Assembly: GCA_041660885.1 (NCBI GenBank)
Contig: JBAZVM010000002.1
Coordinates: forward strand, 14,025-78,024
Length of the DNA stretch: 64,000 nucleotides
Origin: Patescibacteria group bacterium
GTDB taxonomy: Bacteria; Patescibacteriota; Patescibacteriia; UBA9570; JAHJKD01
Reading direction: 5' to 3'
Below are positions 26,151 through 36,689 of this stretch, one piece after another. The position numbers and the translations under genes were made by a program. Each line of letters begins with the position of its first letter. The stretch's first letter is position 1. The notes below the pieces were generated by a model. It worked only from the letters and a program-made list of their open reading frames with translations, had not been told where the DNA came from and made no database searches.

Positions 26151-28112
26151 TTATTTCGAAGTTAGGCCGAAATTTACATCATCCGTATCCTTTCCCGCTT
26201 TTACCCGAATTGATGCGGATGCAGTCTCATAATATGTCGATGCGACATAAGGCTTGTATTTACCCGCGGCAATACCGTCAAAAACATAATAGCCATTACT
26301 ATCGGAAGTAGCGCTCATGCCAGATCCTTTAATGCGTACTACGTAACCGGATAGCGGCAAGTTGGTGGAATTATCATAAATATACCCGGAAAAAGAACCG
26401 GCTTCACTTAACTTAATATTTACTCTCTTTTGCTTGCCCGCTTTAATCTTTTTCGCAACTATCTTTTCCGCGTATTGCGAAGAAGAAACGCGAATATTAT
26501 ATGTTCCCTTTTTTAATTCGCTGAAACGATAATAGCCGTCGTTATCCGTCGTCGCTGAATCATATCCCTGATTAGAAATTCTTTTACCCGAGTAGGCGTA
26601 AACATACGCTCCTTTCACGGGATTGCCATTATATGTTACGCGGCCGAATATTTCCGCGCCATCGGTTAAAGTGTAATCTTTTCCCGAAACATCATCTTTT
26701 AAATTAATTTTGCTTTTTTCATAAGCCACATAACCGGTTTTGGTAATCATGATCCGATAATAATTCGGGGTAATGCCGGTAATGGTAAAAGAGCCGTCTG
26801 AACTGGTGGTTCCACTATAATTTGAAGATGATGATCTTGGCTGGCTTAAATTATACAAATACACATACGCCCCATATATGGCCGCGCCATCCGCATCTAG
26901 CACGGTGCCGCTATACTCAGAAGCGGCCGGTATGCTGGCGTTTTGGTCGGCGGTTGTGGCGCCGAGAGAAACTTCAACATTATATAATACTTGAGTAACA
27001 TAATAAGTTTTGCTGAAAGTAATGGTATAAGAAGTAGAGGGGCGCAAACTGGTTATGGAATAAAAACCATCCGCTCCTGATGTGGTGGTGTAGGTATTAC
27101 CCAAACCGTCAGTAGCGCTTATGGTTACGGTTTCTAACGGCGTAGTTCCGTTCTTCTTATATGTGTATCCCGTAATTGTACCGCCTAATTGCAAAGTATA
27201 ATTTTTCGTAGCTGCGGTGCCGTCTTCTTCTATTGTTAATGCTTTCGCGTAGCTGATATAACCGGATTTGCTGGCGGTAACCGTATAAGTGCCCACAGCA
27301 GTGCCATTATAAGGATAAGTATCAAATATCTGAGCGGTATACTGGCCGCTGCTGTCTGTTGTTCCTGTATAAGTCGTGCCGCCGCTTTTTACCGCAGTAA
27401 CAGTCGCTCCGGATATGGGGGCGCCATTGGCATCCAGCACTTGGCCGGAAATTGTACTGCCATCGGTTAAAGTGATATCCAAAGAAGTATCTTGTTCGTC
27501 TACTATTGTCGTACCCGTAGTTATTTGCTTGGTAAAGTATCCCGTTTTACTGATAGTCATGTTATATGTGCCAGCGGCGGATACGGTGTAATCGGAGGAG
27601 GAAGGATACGGTGTAAAATAATATTGGCCGATAGCTGTAGAATAAGCACCGTAAGAACCATAAGAAGAGCCGGTGGAATTGTACCCGTAGATATAAGCAT
27701 TATAAATCGGGGTAACCCCATCTCCGGCATAAACCTTGCCCAATATACGGCCTTGCGCTATCAAAGAAAAATTTATACTAGCGGTTTCGCCATCAACTAC
27801 GGTAACAGTTTGTGTGCCTCTTCTAAAAACATAATTGGGAAAATCAGCGGAAGAAATGTAACTGTCATAAACAACGTAAGTGCCGGCATCCACAGTTATG
27901 CTGTATGCGCCCGCGGCATCTGTCCAGCCGCTGGATTCTACGCCGGTTGAAGCGTTCTCGGCCAGCATATACAAATTGGGAATTGCCGCGCCATCGCTGT
28001 GGCGGGTAACCGTACCGCTAATGGTAGCCGCGGCCCAAGTGGGCTGAGCCAGCATCAAGCCCAAACCAAAAATCCCTACAAATAGGGCTATGAATCCTCC
28101 TTTTTTGAACAT
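26151..28112 (-). CDS. secreted protein made of carboxypeptidase-regulatory-like (CarboxypepD_reg) beta-sandwich repeats
   Basis: Signal peptide, then at least 6 repeats of the pattern SG.V.D..G.PI.GA.V...D..G.Y...L..G.Y, for example SGQVLDANGAPISGATVTAV. Confidence 0.65.
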   Translation of the reverse strand: MFKKGGFIALFVGIFGLGLMLAQPTWAAATISGTVTRHSDGAAIPNLYMLAENASTGVESSGWTDAAGAYSITVDAGTYVVYDSYISSADFPNYVFRRGTQTVTVVDGETASINFSLIAQGRILGKVYAGDGVTPIYNAYIYGYNSTGSSYGSYGAYSTAIGQYYFTPYPSSSDYTVSAAGTYNMTISKTGYFTKQITTGTTIVDEQDTSLDITLTDGSTISGQVLDANGAPISGATVTAVKSGGTTYTGTTDSSGQYTAQIFDTYPYNGTAVGTYTVTASKSGYISYAKALTIEEDGTAATKNYTLQLGGTITGYTYKKNGTTPLETVTISATDGLGNTYTTTSGADGFYSITSLRPSTSYTITFSKTYYVTQVLYNVEVSLGATTADQNASIPAASEYSGTVLDADGAAIYGAYVYLYNLSQPRSSSSNYSGTTSSDGSFTITGITPNYYRIMITKTGYVAYEKSKINLKDDVSGKDYTLTDGAEIFGRVTYNGNPVKGAYVYAYSGKRISNQGYDSATTDNDGYYRFSELKKGTYNIRVSSSQYAEKIVAKKIKAGKQKRVNIKLSEAGSFSGYIYDNSTNLPLSGYVVRIKGSGMSATSDSNGYYVFDGIAAGKYKPYVASTYYETASASIRVKAGKDTDDVNFGLTSK

Positions 28113-28174
28113 AATGTTTATGTTTATTAATTAACTTGATTATATTATAATATAATTCTAAGATAATTAAAAAT

Positions 28175-31100
28175 ATGACTCAACGAGAAGCAATATTAGC
28201 CAGAAGACGCAATGCGCAAAGTGACGCCGCAAACGAAGCAACTGACGGGCGCAAGCTTACACCAGCTGACGACGCTACCGGCACCGAAGATGAAGCGCGC
28301 TTAAGGCAAGAACGAGAAAATACGCCAGAAAATGCAAAAACAGCCAAGGATTTATTAACCGCCACTATTGATGGTTTGGACCAGCTGACCATGGTTTTCG
28401 GTCGCCGAAAAAAAACTGCGGAATTATGCTGCGTCATCGAAAGCCGCATTCGCCGCTATCTGGAGCAAAATAACGAACCTAGCGTTTACGCCGAAGCTTT
28501 AACGCAAGAAGAAGAAAGGGATGAAGACACTAAGCTGGCTTTAGCTGAAACAGAAGCACATATAAGAGCGGAGCTTAATCCCCTTTTATTTCAGTTGCAA
28601 ATTTCTATTGGAAAAAATAATAACCTGCTTGAATTACTGACCACCGGCCGAGTGGGCGCGCAAAAAACTCGCACTCTGTTTCATGAACTTTCCGGTTTAA
28701 GTGTAGAAAAACCCGAAGCGGAAAAAGGCAAGCTGGTTCTAATCGATCCCCTAAATACGAACGAAGACAATATCACCTATTGGAGAGAACGCGTAACCAA
28801 TGAAAAATATATCGCCGGTTTTATTGGAAACCGTTCGGCTTACGCGGCAATCATGTTGAAGGATTTAGCTAAAGAAACCAAAGATGAATCTTTGAGAAAA
28901 GCTTGCACCATTATTGTTAAATGGATAGACCAAACCCAAGCGGGAATGGGCTCAAATTTGAGCTTAGAGGGATTAAGAGAATCGGTAAGCCGTTTAGATT
29001 TTTTGCATGCCCGGGACACTAAAGAACCTTTCCGTGTTATTAATGCTTTGCAGGAAATAAAAAGCGCAGAGCCCTTGCTCTATACCAGTTTACTGGGTAC
29101 GGGGCCCAGATACGAAAGCGCTGAAGCTGGTAGAAGCGATCTGTTTGGCAACGTGGTACAGATCGCCCTGCAAAGAACTCTAGAGATATTACCGCAATGG
29201 AGAAAAACTTTCGGGGAAGACGAGGATGGTTTAACATTATTAGACCAGCAATGTCATGAATTATTGAATATGGCTGATACGACAGCCATGCCACTATTAT
29301 ATCTTGATGAAGAAAGAATGGCTGTGCTCATGGAGCACACGTCTATGCGCACTGCGGAAGAAATTCAAAGAGACCCAAAAATGGCCGGAATGCTGATGCC
29401 GATGGTAATGGGTGCTCTTTTTCATATGGATAAAAGCGCCAAGTTAAAAGCCGTAATGGAAAAAATTTCTGCAAAAGAATATAACGACACCTTGGAAAAA
29501 ATAAACTCCGGTACAATGGAAGAATTTTTTGCTGTGGTTCGCAGCATACCAACCAGCCGTCTGGAAAGTGACCGCCTTTTAAAAAAAACTGTCGAAAGAA
29601 GAACGCTAGCGTTTTTAAGCGTTGCCGCGCCCGATGAGTTTATCCGCATCATTCAGGAGACTCCTGAGGACATGCTAGCTAGCGAGGAATTTAGTGCAGT
29701 AATAGAAAGAAGATTGGCGCCGGCTTTACCTGATCCATCATTGCCGCAAGGCCACCCTCGTCGAGGCACTTATCGAATTAACATTAGCAGTTGTCATGGT
29801 GATGTGGCCAGAAAAGCATACAATGAAAAAAACTTGCCTATCGGAGGCTACGAAGCGATAGATGGTATAAGAAAAATCCCGATTACAAGAAGAGACCGTA
29901 TTATTTATAGATTATTTGATCGAAGAGGAGGCTACGTTAGAGAACAGGAAAAAGAGGAAGAACGTAATTTAAGAATGGTTCTCTGGGAAACCGCGCCGGA
30001 TGAAACGCTGTTGTGCGAGGAATTTTACAGAAACTGGTGCGATTTAATTGAGAAAATAATGGAGAACATGAGCAATTACAAAATGGCGCACAAGTTTTAC
30101 GAACCGATGGCGCGCGTGGCCGCCGCGCATCCGCAAATACCTGCGGAAAAATGGGCGCAATGGGTAGAAGCCAATAAAAGATACTTCTTAGGCATGGATG
30201 ATGCCTTTAGCCGCCGGGTCTATTTTTATCGTCAAACAACCTTTGAAGATGTCATGGAAGGTCCTTCCGCATTACATAGAATAGGATCTAAATATATACA
30301 GGAGCAACATGAAGGTCGCTGGAAGGAAGAAAAAATGACCGAAGCCGATAGAATTAACAGAGAAGTCTTTCTCTTTAGAACCAGAGATGCCGATAGCAGT
30401 GGACAAAAAATACATGATTATGTAGGACATATAGTAAACATGCTACGAGAAGGAACAAATATTATTCCGATAATAGACAAATTAACTGATCAAGAAAAAA
30501 CCGACTATTTATTAATGTTGCTAACATCATTAGTAGAAATTGACATTTATAATCACGATGAAAACGAGAGGATAATATCTTTTAGCAATTTAGCAATGAA
30601 ATGCGATAATCTTTATTCAATAGTGCACTTGCTAAGATTATGCGATCGTTATTTATCTAATAATGCAAATTATCGTAAAATATGTACCAATATCGAAGCA
30701 AAAAAACACTTAACACCTACCGACTATCCGCGCTTTCAGAAAGACGAACACGGCCGCTGGCAGGTGGATGTGTGGGACGAAAAAAAGAAGGAATGGGTGA
30801 GGCAGGTGCAGTGGCGGGATTACGAGGTGGCGGAGACTAGAGAGTATGAAGGTGGCGAAGAATTAATAAGAATCGATGACCAAAAATATCTCACTAAAGA
30901 CTCGCAATTGGTAGGTCCTATTAGTGTTCGAGATAACGCTGGCAAAGTAATTTACCGAATTGAACCGGCACCAGGTGGATTCAAAGCTATCATTGTCCAT
31001 GAAAGTAAAATCATTACCGGCAGTTGGAACGGTCGAATGAATGTTTGGGATCCCACCGACGGAGCATGCGAAGCGACCATAGATGTCGAAGACGGGATAG

Positions 31101-31768
31101 ACCGCATTATCCCGGCAAAGGACGGAACTATCTTCTTGGCAACTAAAAAACGGGTAGGAGATACGAATGTCTTTAAAACAAAAATAATTAGAGTGGATCT
31201 TGAAACAAAAGAAATTGTAACTATTACTGAAGGTGACGATATTGGTGACTTTCAATTATTGGAAAATGACAGACTATTGCTTCTTAAAAGACACGGACTG
31301 GAAATATTTGATCCTGAAAAAAAGAATAAACCGCAGTCATTAGGAGAAGATGCTCTACAGAAAATGGATACAAGTTTACCATGGCCATATGGGGACCGTG
31401 ATATAATCTCTAATGACAAATATATCATTATTTCCAGACGTCACGATGGGTCATTCATAATCCTAGACAAACAAACTTGCCAACCAATTATAACCGAAAA
31501 TGAGTTGCCCAAATTTGGTGGAAAAAATCCTTTTATCACTTCCGATGGTTTATTAGCCTTATCATTCGATGATACTATCAATTTTTATGACATGGGTAGC
31601 TGGAGATGCGTCCATCATTTACGTGTTCCTGAAGGAAAAATCCATACAATGATGGAAACAGGCGACCATAAAATATTAGCTGATGTGGGAATAACTCATC
31701 CTCCCACGCCACCAAGTGGAAATTATACGGTATCATATATACTCCAGGTACTGGAAGAAAAAAAATAA
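28175..31768 (+). CDS. large hypothetical protein (1197 aa) with C-terminal WD40/beta-propeller-like region
   Basis: Uninterrupted ORF. The body is acidic and helical with no recognised motif. The C-terminus has WD-like strands (ITGSWNGRMNVWDP). Confidence 0.6.
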   Translation: MTQREAILARRRNAQSDAANEATDGRKLTPADDATGTEDEARLRQERENTPENAKTAKDLLTATIDGLDQLTMVFGRRKKTAELCCVIESRIRRYLEQNNEPSVYAEALTQEEERDEDTKLALAETEAHIRAELNPLLFQLQISIGKNNNLLELLTTGRVGAQKTRTLFHELSGLSVEKPEAEKGKLVLIDPLNTNEDNITYWRERVTNEKYIAGFIGNRSAYAAIMLKDLAKETKDESLRKACTIIVKWIDQTQAGMGSNLSLEGLRESVSRLDFLHARDTKEPFRVINALQEIKSAEPLLYTSLLGTGPRYESAEAGRSDLFGNVVQIALQRTLEILPQWRKTFGEDEDGLTLLDQQCHELLNMADTTAMPLLYLDEERMAVLMEHTSMRTAEEIQRDPKMAGMLMPMVMGALFHMDKSAKLKAVMEKISAKEYNDTLEKINSGTMEEFFAVVRSIPTSRLESDRLLKKTVERRTLAFLSVAAPDEFIRIIQETPEDMLASEEFSAVIERRLAPALPDPSLPQGHPRRGTYRINISSCHGDVARKAYNEKNLPIGGYEAIDGIRKIPITRRDRIIYRLFDRRGGYVREQEKEEERNLRMVLWETAPDETLLCEEFYRNWCDLIEKIMENMSNYKMAHKFYEPMARVAAAHPQIPAEKWAQWVEANKRYFLGMDDAFSRRVYFYRQTTFEDVMEGPSALHRIGSKYIQEQHEGRWKEEKMTEADRINREVFLFRTRDADSSGQKIHDYVGHIVNMLREGTNIIPIIDKLTDQEKTDYLLMLLTSLVEIDIYNHDENERIISFSNLAMKCDNLYSIVHLLRLCDRYLSNNANYRKICTNIEAKKHLTPTDYPRFQKDEHGRWQVDVWDEKKKEWVRQVQWRDYEVAETREYEGGEELIRIDDQKYLTKDSQLVGPISVRDNAGKVIYRIEPAPGGFKAIIVHESKIITGSWNGRMNVWDPTDGACEATIDVEDGIDRIIPAKDGTIFLATKKRVGDTNVFKTKIIRVDLETKEIVTITEGDDIGDFQLLENDRLLLLKRHGLEIFDPEKKNKPQSLGEDALQKMDTSLPWPYGDRDIISNDKYIIISRRHDGSFIILDKQTCQPIITENELPKFGGKNPFITSDGLLALSFDDTINFYDMGSWRCVHHLRVPEGKIHTMMETGDHKILADVGITHPPTPPSGNYTVSYILQVLEEKK

Positions 31769-31808
31769 ATATATGCTATAATTCAATAACAACAATTAAT
31801 CTATAAAT

Positions 31809-32525
31809 ATGCCCAAAACCATTATCGCCGCGAATTGGAAAATGAATAAAAACAAAAGAGAAGTCACCCAGTTTTTAACTTCCTTAAAAACCGTGAAATG
31901 GAACAAAGAAAAAGAAGTAGTGCTTTGCGCGCCATATACTTTGTTGCCTTTATTGGACGAGCTGAATAAGAAAGCGCCTTGGAAAATCGGAGCGGAAAAT
32001 ATGCACGACCAAGAATCCGGGGCTTTTACTGGCGAAGTCTCCCCGCTGATGCTGAAAGATACAGGATGCGAATATGTAATTATCGGCCATTCGGAAAGAA
32101 GACAGTTTTTTGGTGAAACCAATGAATCGGTAAACAAAAAATTAAAATCGGCTTTAGCTCATAATCTCACTCCGATATTTTGCGTGGGCGAAACTTTAGA
32201 GCAAAGAGAAAAAAACGAAACTGAACAAGTAGTAACACAACAAATTCAAGAAGGTTTAAAAGATATAAAAACTTTAAACCAAATCGTTATCGCGTATGAG
32301 CCAGTCTGGGCCATTGGCACGGGCAAAGTAGCTACTCCCGAGCAAGCGCAAGAAGTGCACGCGTTAATCCGCAAACTTACCTCGCCGGAAATAAGCATCC
32401 TCTACGGCGGCAGTGTGAAGCCGGAAAACATTAAAGACTTAATGGCACAAAAAGATATAAATGGCGCCCTCGTGGGCGGTGCCAGCTTGGAAGCGGAGAG
32501 CTTTGCGAAAATCGTGAATTATTAA
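31809..32525 (+). CDS. tpiA: triosephosphate isomerase
   Basis: AANWKMN, IIGHSERR and AYEPVWAIGTG motifs. Confidence 0.9.
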   Translation: MPKTIIAANWKMNKNKREVTQFLTSLKTVKWNKEKEVVLCAPYTLLPLLDELNKKAPWKIGAENMHDQESGAFTGEVSPLMLKDTGCEYVIIGHSERRQFFGETNESVNKKLKSALAHNLTPIFCVGETLEQREKNETEQVVTQQIQEGLKDIKTLNQIVIAYEPVWAIGTGKVATPEQAQEVHALIRKLTSPEISILYGGSVKPENIKDLMAQKDINGALVGGASLEAESFAKIVNY

Positions 32526-32529
32526 AATT

Positions 32530-35500
32530 ATGCCGGAACCAACCAGAAAAACAGAAGCCAGAAGAGGGGGGCTTGATCGTTTCGTGTCCCGAAGCCGATT
32601 AATGAACTACGTATTGGCTGGCCTAATTTCTTTTGCCCAAGGAGACCATGCTAATCATAATCCGGAAACAACCTCGATCGCGGACACGGAGACAGAACCT
32701 CATGAATTCAAACCCCTGGTGCCCCTGGACCAGATACCGCAAACGAAAACTGTTGAAACGGATTTTTTTGAGGAGCCGTCTTCAGATATTACCCCAGAGA
32801 ATATAAGTTCACTGCAAAAAGAATATGAGTTAAGCTCGGATCAAAAAAGATTCGCTCGCTTAGCCCGTATCGCCGGAGCGCCGAGTGCCGTCAACAGCCC
32901 CCAAGATGTGGAGCGTTTCCTGCGTTCGGCTGAAAAATTTAAACCAGCCGATGAGGAAGAGTTACGGGACTGGGATGAAGATTTTCTTAGTCAGGTGCTA
33001 GAAGCTCATTTTGAATCCGCTCCCCGGGAAATGAAAATAGTCATTAGCGACCAAGAAGAGCTGAAGATGTATATGTATTGGGACAAAGCAGTGCAATCAC
33101 TGGGGCCTGAATACGAATTTCGCGGCCTGCCCCGCGTGGTCAACGAAAAAACACTGCCAAAAATTCATAAAATGCTAAGCGCAATCTGGGACGGGAATGA
33201 GACAGCAGAGGTGTGGACAGAATATTGCAGACAACTCGATTTCCAAGGAGAGTTTGAACCGCAGATCATTACACCGGAAACCGGGGTAAAGATAATTACC
33301 AAAGCTTACAGCAAATTAGATTATTCTTTAATACGGTTTTCGGGGTTGGCAGAGACTTATTTATCCAAATGTGAAATGAGAGACTACCCTGCTTTGGATC
33401 TAACTAATCCCGAACCTTTTTTGGAGGACTTGGAACATTTTAATTACGCACCATATGACGAAGAAGAGTATCCTTTTACCGGCGATGGCGTATCGTATTT
33501 TGCTTCCCCGGCAACGGCATATTACCACATAATGTCGGATAAAATGCAGGATATCCCGTTTCCAGAAGGCTATACGAGATACGAAGGTCTGATGACTCTA
33601 CACTATTTAATGAATGCCGATTACGGCCCGCCGCAACGACTCACTGGTGAAACGCTGGTCCGATTAGCGGATTTAACTGAAAAAACGCAATCTTATGGGG
33701 AAATTTCAGATTTTCAACAGGAACTTATGCTGGCAAAAATAATGTCGAAAATAATGGAAAGAGAAGGCTTCCAGACGATCACGCCGGATAATTTTTCCGA
33801 TTACATCAAAAGATTGACCGCGGCTTACGAATACGCCAAGACTTTGGCGCCGCGAAAAAATCAAGATGAATACGAAGAATTTATTATTTCAGGTGCACAC
33901 TTTTCCGGAGAATTAAAAATCGCATTGATCTCGGATCCGGAAAACACTTCCCTGGTTACCGTAAAGGATCTGCAAAAAATTCCTCAAGGCCGGCGCCTGG
34001 CCGCCGTTATTTTCCAGCAAGCCGAACTGGCTGTGGTTCTGCCCGAAGGAGAGGTGATAATCGAGAATGATAAAGAATTACGAGCATTATTCCGAGATTT
34101 GCTATTTCTAAAAAACGCTAATCCCGATTTTGATCCATCGACTCTCTTAGAGAAAATCCATTACGCGGGGAAGGAAATGAAAGTAACTTCCTGGGAGCAA
34201 TTTTCCGGGGTATTATCCACAGCCTATGTTTTTCCAGAGTATCCGTCGGCATGGCCGACCGGTATTGATGAATATCAAAAATTTAAAGCTGCCAACGTGG
34301 ACTTAAGCGACTTCCCTATTTTCTCCGCCGACTACCGGTCGCTCGATGAATTATATGAACAAACTACCTATCAACGGATGAGATTAATAAGCATACTGCA
34401 AACAAGGGTGCTCAGCAAAAAATTATTGGAAAGAGCGGATTTTTATAACGTGCCTTTCGCGGTAACCACGGAAACCATGCCCGAAATTGCCAAGCAGTAT
34501 TCGGAAATGCAAATATTTTTTGGAACTGAAGTCGCCGATCTCTATTTAAAGCAATTGGAGTTTCCTGGATTCCCGAGCGATATTACGGAAGCTAACTTGG
34601 TGGAAGTGGCCGCGGCGCTGCGCCTTTTGCGAAATAACGGCGGTGAAGATATGGTTCAAGAATACGCTTCCCGATTAACCCCGGGATTAACGGTGGCTTA
34701 CGCCACGGAAATCACGACTGATGATTTGGAAATGGAATTCGCCAAAAAGACTCTGGCGGACCTCGGATTAATTCGTGTTGAATCTTCGGCAAAACCCGTT
34801 GTTATCAATATTACATACGAGCCGCCGCGCTCTTTGGAAGATCTGTTTCTGACTTTAAACAGTATGGAAATGCTTAAATCCCTGCATAAGGATGAAGGTA
34901 AGGCAACGGAAGAAAAATATTTAAAAAGCGTAGACTGGGAAAGCATTATTGGAGATGCCGTCAATGTTCAAGATATTTCCAAAATAGAAGAATTGCGCCA
35001 GCGCATCAACTCAAGCATCGGCTCCACTATGGGAGACCGATTTTTGATCGCCGTGGGCAGCTCGGCCATAGAAAAAAATCCGGTGACTTGGGAAAACATG
35101 GAAGAAAAATTAACTTTTTGCGAAGCGTATTTACAAGTCAGGGAAGGGGCTAAAATTGATGAAGATGTTGTGGGATTATACCACATGATCGGCATGTTCC
35201 AGGCCAGCCAAATTTTAAAATTTTGGCAAAGCCAGGGCGTGGATTTTGAAGATAAAAAGGTGGCGCCATATGTGACTAGACTGCAAACAGCGGGAGCCGA
35301 TATTCCGGTGGATGACCCTATTTTAAGCAAAATTTGGCGTTCCGGCAGCCAGCCGAGTTATTTATTCAATAAAGGTTTAAGAAAAATCACGGACAGCGAT
35401 GAAGTGACCGCTCCCGAAACCCAAGGAACAAGATTGACCTTTAAACCCAACCCAGAGCGCATGAAACCGGGATACGAATATCAATTAGTTTATAACGGCG

Positions 35501-36207
35501 AAGAATTGGTGGCGCGCGTATTAATCGGCGATCCAAAAAGCGGCGCCAAACTGGATTACGCGGTGCGCGTGGGCGGCGGCCTAACCACAGAAGAAGTGTA
35601 CTCAATGTATCCTGAAGGAGAAATCGCGGCTCAAGCCGTGGGCAGCTACACCACCGGTCCGCAAAAACCGGCGGATTTTGCCATCGACGGCGGCCATGTA
35701 GAAAATTACCTTATTTCTACAAGAGAGGGTTTAGTAATTATTCAAAAAGATGGCACAGTGAGAATCAAGCATCGCGGCCAATTGCAAACCACGGATATCG
35801 CGCCACGAGCAGCAGTTAATCCGTTACACATTACTGAAAATTTATCAGACTTTACCACTTTTATTGAACTGGCAGAACGAGAAGGAGTTGATGTCATGAA
35901 CAGCCATTTGCTTTTATACCAAGGCGGTTTGGAAGTGGGAACAAACTCCGACCCGGCAACCGATAAAAGAAGAGCGTTGGTTACGTATCATGACGGCCGC
36001 TTCGCGCTGGTTGATTTCGAGCAGCCACTGTCGCTTTACGAGGAAGCTTATCTTTTGCAACAGGCCGGTTTTGAGAGCGCGGTCAATTTGGATACGGGGT
36101 ATTACGACTACTCCAGCATTTACCCGGCCGCCGGCGCACCAATTTCTTTGGGGCTGGAAGACAAAGACGGAATCAATAATAAATTTATATTTTTAAGCGA
36201 GCAATAG
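32530..36207 (+). CDS. large hypothetical protein (1225 aa) with C-terminal phosphodiester-glycosidase-like (DUF2233-like) domain
   Basis: Starts 4 nt after the tpiA stop. Weak N-terminal hydrophobic segment. The last ~200 aa resemble DUF2233 (…RRALVTYHDGRFALV…AVNLDTG). Confidence 0.6.
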   Translation: MPEPTRKTEARRGGLDRFVSRSRLMNYVLAGLISFAQGDHANHNPETTSIADTETEPHEFKPLVPLDQIPQTKTVETDFFEEPSSDITPENISSLQKEYELSSDQKRFARLARIAGAPSAVNSPQDVERFLRSAEKFKPADEEELRDWDEDFLSQVLEAHFESAPREMKIVISDQEELKMYMYWDKAVQSLGPEYEFRGLPRVVNEKTLPKIHKMLSAIWDGNETAEVWTEYCRQLDFQGEFEPQIITPETGVKIITKAYSKLDYSLIRFSGLAETYLSKCEMRDYPALDLTNPEPFLEDLEHFNYAPYDEEEYPFTGDGVSYFASPATAYYHIMSDKMQDIPFPEGYTRYEGLMTLHYLMNADYGPPQRLTGETLVRLADLTEKTQSYGEISDFQQELMLAKIMSKIMEREGFQTITPDNFSDYIKRLTAAYEYAKTLAPRKNQDEYEEFIISGAHFSGELKIALISDPENTSLVTVKDLQKIPQGRRLAAVIFQQAELAVVLPEGEVIIENDKELRALFRDLLFLKNANPDFDPSTLLEKIHYAGKEMKVTSWEQFSGVLSTAYVFPEYPSAWPTGIDEYQKFKAANVDLSDFPIFSADYRSLDELYEQTTYQRMRLISILQTRVLSKKLLERADFYNVPFAVTTETMPEIAKQYSEMQIFFGTEVADLYLKQLEFPGFPSDITEANLVEVAAALRLLRNNGGEDMVQEYASRLTPGLTVAYATEITTDDLEMEFAKKTLADLGLIRVESSAKPVVINITYEPPRSLEDLFLTLNSMEMLKSLHKDEGKATEEKYLKSVDWESIIGDAVNVQDISKIEELRQRINSSIGSTMGDRFLIAVGSSAIEKNPVTWENMEEKLTFCEAYLQVREGAKIDEDVVGLYHMIGMFQASQILKFWQSQGVDFEDKKVAPYVTRLQTAGADIPVDDPILSKIWRSGSQPSYLFNKGLRKITDSDEVTAPETQGTRLTFKPNPERMKPGYEYQLVYNGEELVARVLIGDPKSGAKLDYAVRVGGGLTTEEVYSMYPEGEIAAQAVGSYTTGPQKPADFAIDGGHVENYLISTREGLVIIQKDGTVRIKHRGQLQTTDIAPRAAVNPLHITENLSDFTTFIELAEREGVDVMNSHLLLYQGGLEVGTNSDPATDKRRALVTYHDGRFALVDFEQPLSLYEEAYLLQQAGFESAVNLDTGYYDYSSIYPAAGAPISLGLEDKDGINNKFIFLSEQ

Positions 36208-36288
36208 AATCACGGAAGCACGGAGAAATGCAATTCATTAATTGCATTTTTTTCGTGAACTCTGTTTTTTCCGTGTCTCCGTGATTCT
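36206..36288 (+). terminator. nested hairpin terminator with outer CACGGA-type inverted repeat
   Basis: The inner stem aaatgcaatt/aattgcattt is followed by a T-run. The outer arms are agaatcacggaagcacggag and tccgtgtctccgtgattct. Confidence 0.6.
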
Positions 36289-36300
36289 GTCTCTCTTTAA

Positions 36301-36328
36301 TTGACAAACATTGTTTATATATTAAGAT
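36301..36328 (+). promoter_or_regulatory. sigma70-like promoter of the GC-rich 78-aa gene
   Basis: TTGACA (36301-36306), a 16-nt spacer, then TAAGAT (36323-36328). An AGGAGG SD follows at 36350. Confidence 0.45.
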
Positions 36329-36357
36329 ACCGGCACTTCCCTAGCACATAGGAGGAA

Positions 36358-36594
36358 GTGATGGACGACAAGTCCAAGGTGTTATTCGATGTGTTGATCG
36401 GAAAACCCCACGCGCGCGGCACCCTGCTGCGCGTCATCTCCGAGTACCTTGCCATCTCCGATCAGGAGAACGGCAAGGACAGCGCAGAGCAGCTCTGCGC
36501 CTACATCGAGGCGAATCCCGATCGCGCAATCAACGCGTTCGGTGCGTGGGTCGAAGAAATGGAGATGGACATCGAGCCTGCCCCTCAGGACTAG
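36358..36594 (+). CDS. small acidic hypothetical protein (78 aa), GC-rich foreign-looking gene
   Basis: Has its own promoter and a canonical SD (ATAGGAGGAAGTGATG). G/C-ending codons contrast with the neighbours. Confidence 0.5.
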   Translation: MMDDKSKVLFDVLIGKPHARGTLLRVISEYLAISDQENGKDSAEQLCAYIEANPDRAINAFGAWVEEMEMDIEPAPQD

Positions 36595-36689
36595 ATGGGA
36601 AGCAAGAAGGAGGCCGGAGTGGTTCGTTCGCGCGCAAGCAGCGGACCACTCCACAGATCAAACGAAAAAAAATAGATTAAATTTACATA

